From the human T2T-CHM13v2.0 reference genome, Homo sapiens, in NCBI RefSeq assembly GCF_009914755.1, contig NC_060930.1: DNA of 64,000 nt. One strand, 5' to 3'. Of the stretch, positions 1 to 12,060 are shown in pieces. Both the position numbers and the translations under genes were made by a program. The first letter of the stretch is position 1, and each line of letters opens with the position of its first letter. The notes under the pieces were generated by a model. That model did no database searches, had not been told where the DNA came from, and saw only the letters and a list, made by a program, of their open reading frames with translations.

Positions 1-194
1 TATTTGGTGTCAGAAACTGTAATTCACTGTCAACTTTCTTACAAACAAACGTGAGTCCTTGGGAAATGGCTTTTAAGCTTGCTAACATTAAATTTTGTTT
101 TTATAATTTATGGGAATAAGCCCTACCAAATAAAATTATTGTTTTATATGGAATTTGGTAATATATGTAAAAAAGATATTGTAGAAAAATTAGG

Positions 195-832
195 TTCAAA
201 CAAAACCTGCACGCAGATGTTTATTACAGCTTTATTCATAAATGTCAAAACTTGGAGGCAACCAACAGGCCCTGCAGTATGTGAATGGATAAACACACTA
301 TACTCTGTCCAGACAATGGAATACTATTCAGCACTAAATTGAAATGAGCTATCAAGCCATGAAAAGACATGAAGAAACTTAAATGCATAGTGAACAAAGC
401 CAATCTGAAAGGCTACATACTGTATGATTCCAACTATATGAAATTCTGGAAAAGGCAAAACTGTGGAGAGAATATAAAGTCTAGTGGTTTCCAGGGGTTA
501 GGAAGAGAATGGGTGAAAAGGGGCACACAGGATTATTAGGCTGATGAAACTACTCTGTGTGATACTGTAATGGCAGATACACGTTGCTGTACATTTGCCC
601 AAATCTATGAAATGTACAATACCAAGAGTGAACCTTAGTGTAGACTTTGAGTGATAATGATTCATTCATGTAAGTTTATCAGTTGTAATCAACGTACCAC
701 TCTGATAGGGGATGTGGAGAGTAGGGAAATCTATGCATGTGTCGGGGCAGGGGCTATATGGGAATTAACTATACATATCCCTCAGTTTTGCTGTGAACTT
801 AAAATTGCTATAAGAAATAAAGTCTATCAAAA
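195..832 (+). mobile_element. Old LINE-1 3' end (L1MC-like): ORF2 C-terminus plus 3' UTR
   Basis: ORF 79..342 contains KTCTQMFITALFINVKTWRQP...EWIN, typical of the L1 ORF2 C-terminus. The 3' UTR ends ctcagttttgctgtgaacttaaaattgctataagaaataaagtctat, resembling L1MC 3' ends. Confidence 0.8.
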
Positions 833-1049
833 ATATATTGTACAATATGAAAAATATACATGTAAGCAAATGTAAAATTATACATATATCTGCTGTCAAG
901 GGTCACTAGTTTATATAAATAATTTCAGTGATGTGACACTCAGAAAGATATTGATTAAAATCTTCATTAATATCAGCAAGCTGTTAGGAGATCATCTGTT
1001 CTTATGTCCCCACAACAATAATAATTCTGTACACATCTACAGCTAAGAC

Positions 1050-1318
1050 TCTGTGAAAATCTTCAGATGTGGCAGGAGGTTGTGAAATGGAGCCCAAGAC
1101 CTAGGAGAGTCATTTTGAGAGTGCCAGTGCATACTTAAGTGGCAAACCTGCCAGTCATGCTCTGGGGTTCAAACTTGGCCATTGACCTCTTTGGTCTTGA
1201 GCCTGTGACTGAAACCATGTGCCAGGGGGTCCAAGATAAATTTTGCTCACCAGAGCCTTGGCAATCTGGTCTGCCCACTGACATCAGTCTTAGCAGTGGA
1301 TCAAAAAGTTACCCTGTA
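1050..1318 (+). mobile_element. Probable old L1M 5' UTR segment (continues at 6022)
   Basis: Moderately GC-rich sequence interrupted at TSD aaaagttaccctgta and resuming at 6022, then running into L1 ORF1-like sequence near 7760. The left boundary is approximate. Confidence 0.45.
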
Positions 1319-3440
1319 CTGAAATAAGAGATTGATGCCCACTTTCACCACTTCTATTTAACATAGTACTGGAAGTGCTAGCCAGAGAAATCAAGCAAGA
1401 AAAAGAAATAAAAGGCATCTGAATAGGAAAAGAATAAATAAAACTATTACTACTTATGGATGATATGATTCTGTACCTAGAAAATCCAAAAGACTTCACC
1501 AAAAGGCTCCTGGAACTGATAAACAATTTCAGTAAAGTTTGGGGATACAAAAATCAATGTACAAAAATTAGTAGTATTTCCATTTACCAATAATGTTCAA
1601 GCTAAGAGCTAAAACAAGAGTGCAATTGCATTAAAAATAGCCACACACACATACACACACACACACAATAAAATATGTAGGGGTACAACTAACCAAAGAG
1701 GTGAAAGATCTCTACAAATAAAATTACAAAACATTGCTGTAAAAAATTAGAGATGACACAAACAAATGGAAAAATATTCCATGCCCATGGATTGAAAGAA
1801 TCAATATTGTTAAAGATGGCCATACTGCCCAAAGCAATCTACAAATTCAGTGCTACTCCTATCAAACACCAAAATCATTTTTCACAGAACTGGAAAAAAA
1901 AAGTTATTCTAAAATTTATGTGGAACCAAACAACAGCCTGAATAGACAAGGCACTCCTAAGCAAAAAGAACAAAGCTGGAGGCTCCTGTTACCTGACCTC
2001 AAACTGTAAGATAAGGCTACAGTAACTGAAACAGCAAGGGACAGGTACAAAAACAGACACATAATCAAATGGAACAAAATAGAAAATCCGGGAATAAAGC
2101 AGCACATCTTCAGCCATCTGGTCTTCAACAAAGTCAATAAAAAATAATAAATAAGGAAAAGGCTCCCTATTAAATAAATGATGCTTGGATTACTGCCTAG
2201 CTATATGCAGAAGAATGAAACTGGACCTCTACCTTTCACCATATATAAAAATCAAGATGGATTAAGATTTAAATGTAAGAACTCACACTATGAAGATTCA
2301 AGAAGAAAAACTAAAAAACACCATTCTGGAAATTGGCCTTAGAAAAAAAATTATGAATAAGTTCTCAAAAGCAATTGCAACGAAAACAAAAATGGACAGG
2401 TGAGAACTAATGAAACTAAAGAGCTTCTGCACAGCAAAATAAACTGTCAACAGATTAAACAGACATTATACAGCATGGGAGAAAATATTCACAAAGTATG
2501 CATTTGACAAGGTCTAATATCCAGGATCTGTAAGGAACTTAAATAATTTGACATGTAAAAATCAAATAAACTAACTTAAAATGGGCAAAAGACATGAACA
2601 GACACTTCTCAAAAGAAGACAATACAAGCAGCCAGCAAACATGTGAAAAAAGTTTCATATCACTCATCATTAGAGAAATGCAAATCAAAACTACAACGAG
2701 ATACCATTTCACACCAGTCAGAATGACTGTTAAAATGTCAAAGAAACAACAGATGTTGGCAAGGCTGCAGAGAAAGAGAAATGCTTACACACTGTTGGTG
2801 GAAATAGAAATTAGTTCAGCCACTGTGGAAAGCAGTTTATAGTTTTCTCAAGGAACTTAAAACACAACTACCATTCAAACCAGCAATCCCATTACTGGGT
2901 ATGCATCTAAAAAACAAACAAAAATATGTGTTCTACCAAAAAGACACAGACACTTATATATTCATTGCAGCACTATTCAGAGTAGCGAAGACATGGAATC
3001 AACCAATATTCCCATCAACAGTGGACTGGGTAAAGAGAATGTGGTACATATACACCATGAGATACTACACAACCATAAATAAGAATGAAATCACATCCTT
3101 TGCAGCAACATGGATGCAGCTGGAGGCCATTATCCTAAGTTATTTAACACAGGAACAGAAAAGCAATTACCACATGTTCTCACTTATAAGTGAGATCTAA
3201 ACATTGGGTACTCCTGAACATAAAGATGGCAATAAGAGACACTAGGCTACTAGAAGTACTACTAGAGGGGAGAAGGACGAAGGGAGTCAAGATTTGAAAA
3301 CATTAACTGTTGAGTACTATGCTCACCACTTAGGTGACAAGATCATTAGTACCCCAAACCTTAGCATCACGCATTATACCCAGGTAAAAAAACCTGCACA
3401 TGTATCCCTTGAATGTAAAATGAAAGCTGAAAAAAAAGAA
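1319..3440 (+). mobile_element. 5'-truncated LINE-1, L1PA15/16-like (ORF2 RT to 3' UTR, A tail)
   Basis: ORF2 fragments MNRHFSKED...[14 protein letters not shown] and IFIAALFRVAKTWNQP. 3' UTR accccaaaccttagcatcacgcattatacccagg...cctgcacatgtatcccttgaatg, with A tail at ~3430. Many stops. Confidence 0.9.
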
Positions 3441-3574
3441 TGTATGCTTATAGACAAGCAGCTTATAATGCAATGCACATTTAAATCAGTAATTGCTAAA
3501 TTTATTTTTAAAGTGTTGACATTGAACATAAAAATAAATAATAATAAAATTAAATTAAAAATAGAAAAAAAAAC

Positions 3575-6006
3575 AAAAATGGAGATATAATAATTTCCAC
3601 CACAGAAATATACAAGGTCATCTGAGGCTACTACGAATGAACACCTCTATGCACACAAAACAGAAATCTAGAGGAAATGAATAAATTTAATATAACACAC
3701 AATCCCCCAAGCTTGAATTAGGAAGAAATAGAAATCCTTAAACAGACCAATAACGATTGAGATTGAATCAGTAATAAAATTTTTTTAACAAAAAAACCCA
3801 GTACCAGACAGTGTCACAGCTGAATTCGATGAAGGTAATATTACCCTGATACCCAAACCAGGAAAGTCTCCACCACAAAGCAAACTAGAAATCAGCATCT
3901 CTTATGAATATAGATGTAAAAATTCTCAACAAAATTCTAGCAAACTGAATCCAACAGCACATCTAAAAGATAATTCACCATGATCAAGTAGGTTTCATCC
4001 AAGGGATGTAAGCATTGTTCAACATATGCAATCAATAAATATAATTCACCACATAACATAAACATAATTAAAAACAAAATGTATGATTTTAATAGGTGCA
4101 AAAAAAGCATTTGTTAAATCTAGCATTGTTTTATATAAAAACCCTAAATAAACTGTGCATAGAAAGACTATTCCTCAAAATAATAAAAGCCATGTTTGAG
4201 AAATCCATACTGAATGGGGAAAATTTGAAGGCATTACCACAACTGGAACAAGTCAAGGATGAGCATTTTCACCACTTCTATTCAACATATAGTGGAAATC
4301 CTAGCCAAAGCAACCAGTCAAGAGAAAAATAAAAGGCACCTCAATTGGAAAAGAGCAAGTCAAATTACCTCTTGTGGCTGATGACATGATCTTATATCAA
4401 GAAAATCCTAAAGACTACTCCCAAAGACTTGTAGCTTTGATAAATAAATTCAGTAAAGTCTCAGGTTACAAAACCAATTTATGCAAATTAGTAGCACTGC
4501 TGTATATCAATAATGATCAAGCCGAGAATCAAAGAAAAAACTCAGTCTTATTTACAGTATCCACAAAAAATAATACCCAGGTATTTTATCTAACTTCAAG
4601 TTATATTACAAGGCTATAGTAACCAAAACAGCATGGCACTTGTATAAAAGTAGACACACAGACAAAAAGAACATAATATAGAACTCAGAAATAAAGCCAA
4701 ATACCTAAAACCAACTGATCTTCATCAATCAAACAAAAGCATACACTGGGGAAAGAACTTCCTATTCAATAAATGGTGGTGGGAAAATTGTATAATCACA
4801 TGTAGAAGAATGAACAGGAGCCCTGTATTTCATGATATACAAAAATTAACTCAAGATATATTAAAGACTTAAATCTAAGACCTGTAACCGTAAAAATCCT
4901 AGAAGAAAATCTAACATAAATTCTTGTGGAATTTGGTCTAGGCAAAGAATTTATAACTAAGACTTCAAAAGCAAATGCAACAAAATAAAAATAAATAAAT
5001 AGGACCTAATTAAACTAAAAAAAAAACCTTCTGCACAGCAAAAGAAATAATCAACAGAGTAAACAGACAACCTACAGAACAGGAGAAAATATTTGCGAAA
5101 TATGCGTCTGACAAAGGTCTATCAGGAACTTAAACCAATTTACAAGGAAAAAACAACCCTATTAAAAAGTGGGCAAAATACATGAACAGACATTTCTCAA
5201 AAGATATGGCCAATAAACATATGAAAAAAAATGCTCAACATCACTCATCATTGGAGAAATGCAAATTAAATATACAGTGAGATAACACCCTACTCCAGCC
5301 AGAATGGCAATTATTAAAAAGTTAAAAAAACAATACCTGTTGGTGTGAATGTGATGGAAAGGGAACATTTATACTTTGTTGGTAGAAATGTAAATGAGTA
5401 CAACCTTTATAGAAAAAACAGTATGGAGATTTCACAAAAAACTAAAAGTAGATCTACCATTTGACCTAGCAATCTTACTACTGGTATCTATGCAAAGGAA
5501 AACAAGTCATTATATCCAAAAGACACCTGTATACTATATATACGTTTATCACAGCACAATTCACAATTCCAAAGACATGGAATTCATCAGTGCCCAACTA
5601 CTGATGAATGGATAAAGAAAATGTGATATATTTATACCATGCAATATGACTCAGCCATTAAAAAAGAATGAAATTATGTCTTTTGCAGGAATTCTGATGG
5701 GACTGGAGGCCATTGTCCTAAGTGAAGTAACTGGGGAATGGAAAACCAAATACTACATGTTCTCACTTACTAGTGGCAGCTAAGCTATGGATACACAAAG
5801 TCAAACAGAATGGTATAATGAACATTGGAGACTCAAAAGGGGAAAGGTTGGGAAGGAAAGTGAGAGTTGAAAAATTATGTTGGATACAATGTACACTATT
5901 CAGCTGATGGGTACCCTAAAAACCCAGACTTCACCACTATACAAGTCATCCATGTAACCAAAAACCACTTGTACCCTAAAAAGTGTAGAGATAAAAAATA
6001 AAATAC
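3575..6006 (+). mobile_element. 5'-truncated LINE-1, L1PB2/3-like, with several internal deletions
   Basis: ORF2 fragments including ADDMILYQENPKD (RT motif, 4374..4619). 3' UTR cccagacttcaccactatacaagtcatccatgtaaccaaaaaccacttgtaccc, then A-rich tail and TSD at 6007-6021. Confidence 0.9.
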
Positions 6007-6021
6007 AAAAGTTACCCTGTA

Positions 6022-7844
<1,823 letters not shown>

Positions 7845-8194
7845 GTTTAGCCTAAAGCTGCCTCCTTACATATTTTAAGTTAGACCTAAAGGTTTCTCGC
7901 TACATAGTGAACTGTAACTTACCTTTCTGCCAATCACTGAGTTTCAGGCCAATCAGAGGTGTCCAACAGTTCAAACCGTGTTCGAATAAGGCAAATGCCA
8001 GAGCTGTAACCATGGCAGTTTCTGTGCCTCATGTCCATTATCTGTATGTCACTTTTCTTTCTCTGTCTGTAAATCTTTGACCACATGGAATCATGGCACT
8101 CTCTGAACTTATTCTGGCTCTGGGGCTGCCAGGTTTGCCATTCATTCTTCAGTCAATTAATCTGTTAAATTTGTCTAAGGAATTTCTTGTAACA
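7845..8194 (+). mobile_element. ERV1 solo LTR, MER57 family (5' end clipped)
   Basis: gtttagcctaaagctgcctccttacatattttaagttagacctaaaggtttctc...gccaatcactgag...; ends ttgtaaca. Confidence 0.75.
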
Positions 8195-8440
8195 AATCTT
8201 TAGTGATCTGTCGCATAGAATAGTGACAATAATAAATAATAATGCATTGTATATTTCAAACTTGCTGAAAGAGTAAATTTCAAATGTTTTCACCACCAAA
8301 AATGATAAGCATATGAGGTGAAATATTTGTTAATAGCTTGATTTAATCATTCCACATTATAAACATACATCAAAACATCATACTGCACTCCACATTAACA
8401 AGTAGCATTTGCCATGAAAGTAAAATTAAATGATAATACA
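8195..8440 (+). mobile_element. L1MA-type 3' UTR
   Basis: aataatgcattgtatatttcaaacttgctgaaagagtaaatttcaaatgttttcaccacc...tagcttgatttaatcattccaca. Confidence 0.75.
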
Positions 8441-9358
8441 AAAGCAGCTTCAAATATAGAACTTTTATTGATTGATTAAAATTAACCATTTAATTATAAA
8501 ATTCCAGTATGTACATCATTTGAATCCCTGTATTTTTAATTATCAAAAGGTAATATTTTCTGATATAAATTTGAGTGGGAATAAGAATGTTAATTTAGTT
8601 TATGCATACTTCATTTGTTATAGGGCCTGATGTGCTATTATATTTTATTAATTAACATTTATTACTGTAATTATGGAGACACAAAGGTAAATGTAAATTA
8701 ATTGCATGACAATATATTTATTAGCAAAGCATAAAGTGTATATATTTTTTATTTCCTATATAACAAAATCTATTGCATTCATCAAAGTCCAATAAAATTC
8801 CATTTACAAATGTACTTATTATGTTTCCAAAAGCAAAATTGATTGTTTGAAAACATTTTGGCTAGAAAATGATTCTATCAATCGTGTTGAAGTCCCTATG
8901 GCTATCAACAAAATTACTATAAATATTATATAATTTATTTATGTTATGGAGCTAACAATCATTTATAAGGTTACTTCTACTGCAAAATAAATTCTGAGTT
9001 GCAGCACAGATTGTAGATGATTCATTTCACTTTGCCTCAGCAAATGGAGGGGAGGTAGAGACAGTTATTTTGTAGCTACAATATTTAGAGATTTCCAAAT
9101 GAGGTATAAGTCACAGAAATGTAAGTCATTCAGAACTCAATGTATTCATCATTTAGAGTTACTATGAGTAGAAAAACTACTAAGCTAAATTGAAGCTGTT
9201 ATATATATATATATATGTATATATATGACCTATAATATATATGAATGCTAATTTATTATTTATTTGAGGCAAAGATACATATAACACAGGTATGCATAAA
9301 AATCTCATTGTTAATGAGGAAAAATCAATAATATAAAACAGCAATTTGGATTTCTATA

Positions 9359-10107
9359 GTGTGGTAAAGTAATTATTCTTTAAAGTTCCTTCTACAAACA
9401 AATAAATACATATGTAAATAAAGAAGGACAGCGGGAGAGAGAGAGAAATCTATTAAGGTTCTGTGATGGTTAATACTGAGTGCCAATTTGACTGGATTGA
9501 AGGATGAAAAGTATTGATTCTGGCTATTTCTGTGAGGATGCTGCCAAAGGAGATTAACATTTGTTTGGGGACCTTTTGATCATGTGAGTTAATACTTAAT
9601 AATGTATATGTATATATACATACACATATACATATATATGAAGGAGAGAATCAAACAAAGGCAACACTACCAAAGGAACCTCATAAGTTCCACTGACCAC
9701 GAAAGAAATAAAAATGTAAGAAATGCATGAAAAGTTTAGCCTAAAGCTACATATATATACACATATATATACATGCATATGTGTATATATAATATAGACA
9801 CATATATGTATGTATACATATACATATACATATGCATATGTATACATACATATGTCTCAAAACAAAAGGTTTAGTATATATGTATATATACATATATCTC
9901 AAAACAAATGTTATTCTCCTTTGGCAACATCCTCACAGACACAGCCAGGATCAACACTTTGCATCCTCCAATCCAGTCAAGTTGGCACTCAGTATTAACC
10001 ATCACAGAACCTTAATAGATTTCTCCTTCTCTCTCCCGCTGTCCTTCTTTATTTACATATGTATTTATTTGTTTGTAGAAGGAACTTTTTAAAGAATAAT
10101 TACTTCA

Positions 10108-10111
<4 letters not shown>
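9359..10111. repeat. Inverted repeat: arms ~9359-9566 and ~9902-10111, spacer ~335 bp
   Basis: aattattctttaaagttccttctacaaacaaataaatacatatgtaaataaagaaggacagcggg...ctgtgatggttaatactgagtgccaa matches the reverse complement of ttggcactcagtattaaccatcacag...cccgctgtccttctttatttacatatgtatttatttgtttgtagaaggaact...aagaataatt. Confidence 0.95.
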
Positions 10112-10149
<38 letters not shown>

Positions 10150-10203
10150 GGATATATATATATCCTATTAGTTCTGTCTCGCTAGAGAACCCTGACTAAT
10201 ACA
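9462..10203 (+). mobile_element. 5' LTR (MLT2A1), rearranged
   Basis: Starts tgtgatggttaatactgagtgcc and ends tcctattagttctgtc...gagaaccctgactaataca like the 3' LTR, but the middle is deleted and replaced by templated inserts. Confidence 0.9.
10109..10148. repeat. (CA)n microsatellite, about 20 units
   Basis: Read directly from the sequence. Confidence 0.95.
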
Positions 10204-10208
10204 GATTT

Positions 10209-10223
10209 TGGTACCAGGAGTGG
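10209..10223 (+). promoter_or_regulatory. Primer binding site, tRNA-Leu
   Basis: TGGTACCAGGAGTGG just after the 5' LTR; this is the HERV-L-type leucine PBS. Confidence 0.85.
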
Positions 10224-10298
10224 TTCTAGAGGAACAGAATATTAAGGATGATGGAGTTCTTTCGTTGGTTTGGGGATTTCTGGAGTTGGCTGCTTAAC

Positions 10299-12060
10299 AT
10301 GATTAGACCCAAAAATGCTAAGGACTCTACTTCTAATAGTGTGAAGCACACTGAGAGTCCTTGGCATGAACTGTTTAGAGATTTATGCAAATAAATGCAT
10401 TTGACATTCCGGACTCACCACTTGTGAGAGGCAAAGAGATTAGTGACTCTATACGTAATACCTTCGACCATATGTGGAGAACCAAAGAACTATGAAGCTG
10501 GTTAGTTGCTTCTAAGTTCAGTGGACTCAGTGATCCAAGACAATTATGAACTCAGAGATTCTAACTCCTGGCTTCAGAAGCAGATACTGAGCCTCAAATC
10601 TGCTAAGGTTAATGAGAGTCTTATCTACTGAAGCGAAAGAGCTAAAATTGTGGAAAAACAGACACAATCTCTTATCGTGTGAGTGGCTGACCTGCAACAA
10701 AAGGTACATGCACAGCCTTGCCAGGTGTCTACTATTAAAATGAGGGCACTGATTGGAGAAGAATGAGACCCTGCACCTTGTAATAGGGATGTGTGGGAGG
10801 AACCTGATGAAGCTGGGGACACTGAGTTTGTAAACTCTGATGAACATTTTTTTGCCAGAAGAAACAGCTTCCCTATCCCCAATAGTGGAGGCATCTCCTC
10901 CCTGAACCATGCTGCCATCAGCCTTTCCTCCTTTGTCTGAGGAGATAAACCTTTTGCTTCCTGAGGCAACAGTGATGGCCTCCCTTGAGAAAGTTGCCAG
11001 GCAAGTCATGTTGATTCTCTTCAAGAGCCACCCCCAACACCCCTGTTTGCTTCTAGACCTATAACCAGATTAAAGCTGTGGCAGGCCCCTAGAGGTGAGG
11101 CTGAACATGTGACCTATGAGGAGGTGCACTACACTCAAAAAGAACTGCTTGAGTTTTCTAATTTATATAAGCAGAAATCTGGAGAACAAGCATGGGAATG
11201 GATATTAAGGGTGTGGGATAATGGTGGAAGCAACGTAGAGTTGGATCAGGCTGAATTTATTGATTTTGGGCCCCTAAGTAGGGACTATGCATTAAAAAAA
11301 AGGTTCTAATAGTGTATTTTCTTGGTTAGCTGAACTGTGGATTAAAAGATGGCCCACTGTGAGTGAGCTGGAAATGCCTGTTCTCACTTGGTTTAATGTA
11401 GTGGAAGGGATCTAAAGGCTAAGGAGAATGGGACGGTGGAGTGGATTAGTCACTTTAGACCTACTCATCCCAGCCTGGAGGGTCCAGAAGATATACCTTT
11501 GACCAATGCCTTGCAAAATAGATTTGTGAAGCCAGCACCTGCATCTTTGAAGAGCCCTGTAATTGCTCCTCTCTGTATATCAGATCTAACAGTGGGAACT
11601 GCAGTCACTCAGTTACAAAATTTAAATACTATGGGAATAGTTAGATCCTGGGTGGAAGAGGCCAAGTGGTCACATTCAACTGTCAAAGGCAAGGTGGGTG
11701 CAGCTACCATAATGAACAGCAGAGGCAAAGCAGCAGTCAGAATAGTCTGACTCATAGAGAGCTCTAGCATTGACTAATTAATCACAGTGTTCCCACAAGT
11801 GAAATTGATAAGAAGCCTACTGCATTCCTACTTAATTTATATAAGCAGAAAATGTCTAGGTTAAATGGAAAAAAGACTAATTTGAATTATAAAAACAGAA
11901 TCACAGTCCCTCAATCAATTTCCAGACTTGAGCCAGTTTACAGAACCAGAACCCTTTGAATGAAAGGGAGGCCAGTTTCCCTTGAGGAAGGACCCAACTA
12001 TGCTGCTGACAATTTATGCTGTTAATCTTTCTCCCACTCTTCCCCAAGGAGACCTCCGGC
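10299..12060 (+). pseudogene. gag: HERV-L gag relic
   Basis: Fragments YTQKELLEFSNLYKQKSGEQAWEWILRVWDNGG and EGPEDIPLTNALQNRFVKPAPASLKS are typical ERV-L gag. Many stops and frameshifts; boundaries approximate. Confidence 0.85.

Noticed and set aside
10527-11024. 165-aa antisense ORF in HERV-L gag
   Set aside because: No motif or other support; an open antisense frame is plausible by chance in a decayed coding region.
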